From NCBI RefSeq assembly GCF_004010195.1, contig NC_057758.1:2306417-2370416 (forward strand): a stretch of DNA of 64,000 nucleotides, given 5' to 3'. A model generated the notes under the pieces. It saw only the letters and a list, made by a program, of their open reading frames with translations. It had not been told where the DNA came from and made no database searches. The stretch is from Chiloscyllium plagiosum (taxonomy: Eukaryota). The position numbers and the translations under genes are program-made. Shown in pieces: positions 62,960-64,000 of this stretch (positions are counted from its first letter, which is position 1; every line of letters starts with the position of its first letter).

Positions 62960-64000
62960 GGTTAAGTAAGGACTGCAGATGCTGGAGATCAGAATCGAAA
63001 TGTTATGCGGGAGAAGCACAGCCAGTCAGGCAGCATCCAAGGAGCATGAGTGACATTCTGAACACAAGCTCTTCATCAGGAATGAGGTGGTGGCCCAATG
63101 GGGCTGCGAGAAAAGTGGGAGTGGGGTGGGGCTGGCGCCGTGTAGCTCAGAATGCGATCGCTAAATGGAGTTGGCGGTTGATTGTGATTGGTCAGAAAGG
63201 ACGGTGGAGTGGATGGGGGGAGGGACGATGAACAGGCAGTACAGTTCAAGCGGGTGGTGCAGAGTTGGATATTTGGATCTGGGATAAGGTGGGGGAGGGA
63301 AAATGAAGAAACTGATGAAATCTACATTGTTACCGCGTCCCAAGGTGGAAGATCAGGCGGTCTTCTTGCAGTCGTCAGGTAGTTAGTGTTTGGCAGTGGA
63401 GGACACTCAAGACTTGCATGTCCTTGGTGGAGTGGGAGGGGGAGTCAAAGTGTTCGTGCATAGTGTATTGGGATTGTTTCATGCATAGCTCCCAGGTATA
63501 TTCTCTGAAAGATTGCACGAGTTTGCGTCCAGTCTCTGCCAAGTAGAACAGTCCATCTTCCTCAACTACAACAGCATGATTCCCCACGTTTTCCCCCACT
63601 ACATCGATGAGCGCATTGCCGCCTCTTCATAGTCCTGCAATGAGTTTGAACAGTTCATCAACTTCAACAACACCTTCCACAATGACCTCAAATTCACCTG
63701 AACCATTTCGGACACCTCTGTCCCCTTCCTCCACCTCTCCGTCTCAATATCTGGCGACAGACTCAACATGGGAATCTACTTCAAACGTACTTACTCCCAC
63801 AGTTGCATGGATTCCATCTCCTCTCACCCTTCCTCTTGTAAGAACGCCATCCAGTGCTCTCAATACCTCCACCTCCACCACGTCTGATCCCAGAGGACCA
63901 ATTCCACCATAGAACAAACAGATATCCTTCTTCTTCAATGACTGTAATTTCCACTCCTACCTGGTATTCGATGCCCTGCAACGCATCTCCTCGATTTCCC
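62960..64000. mobile_element. Decayed Penelope elements: GIY-YIG/tail part (minus, 62960-63580) abutting an RT part (plus, 63580-64000)
   Basis: GLFYLAETGRKLVQSFREY (ORF 63375-63599); on the plus strand YIDE...EQFINFNNTFHNDLKFT...SVPFL. Confidence 0.8.

Overview
This is eukaryotic, repeat-saturated vertebrate DNA, almost certainly from a shark. It carries HE1-type V-SINEs, many CR1 LINEs with 5-8 bp microsatellite tails, and Penelope elements with hammerhead-type tails. Almost every entry in the ORF track is retroelement debris or noise. (1) An uninterrupted class I endogenous retrovirus gag frame starts at ATG 1126 on the minus strand and runs 375 codons to the window edge. It is missing from the ORF track because it has no stop codon in the window, and it shows a myristoylation signal, adjacent PPPY and PSAP late domains and a capsid MHR. 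(2) Two convergent GPR139/GPR142-like GPCR first coding exons (33567-33726 + and 55929-56100 -) each end in TM1 at a phase-1 GT donor; I could not find the matching large second exon anywhere in the window. (3) Gmr1-type Gypsy elements are present; one shows integrase upstream of RT, and another is broken by a multi-level nest of insertions inside the GPCR intron. (4) Minimal hammerhead-ribozyme cores occur in Penelope-derived tails, including inverted pairs. (5) A second, decayed retroviral gag-pro has two zinc knuckles. (6) A 523-bp inverted duplicate sits beside a 265-N assembly gap. All calls come from manual translation and motif recognition, repeat boundaries are approximate, and no database searches were run.
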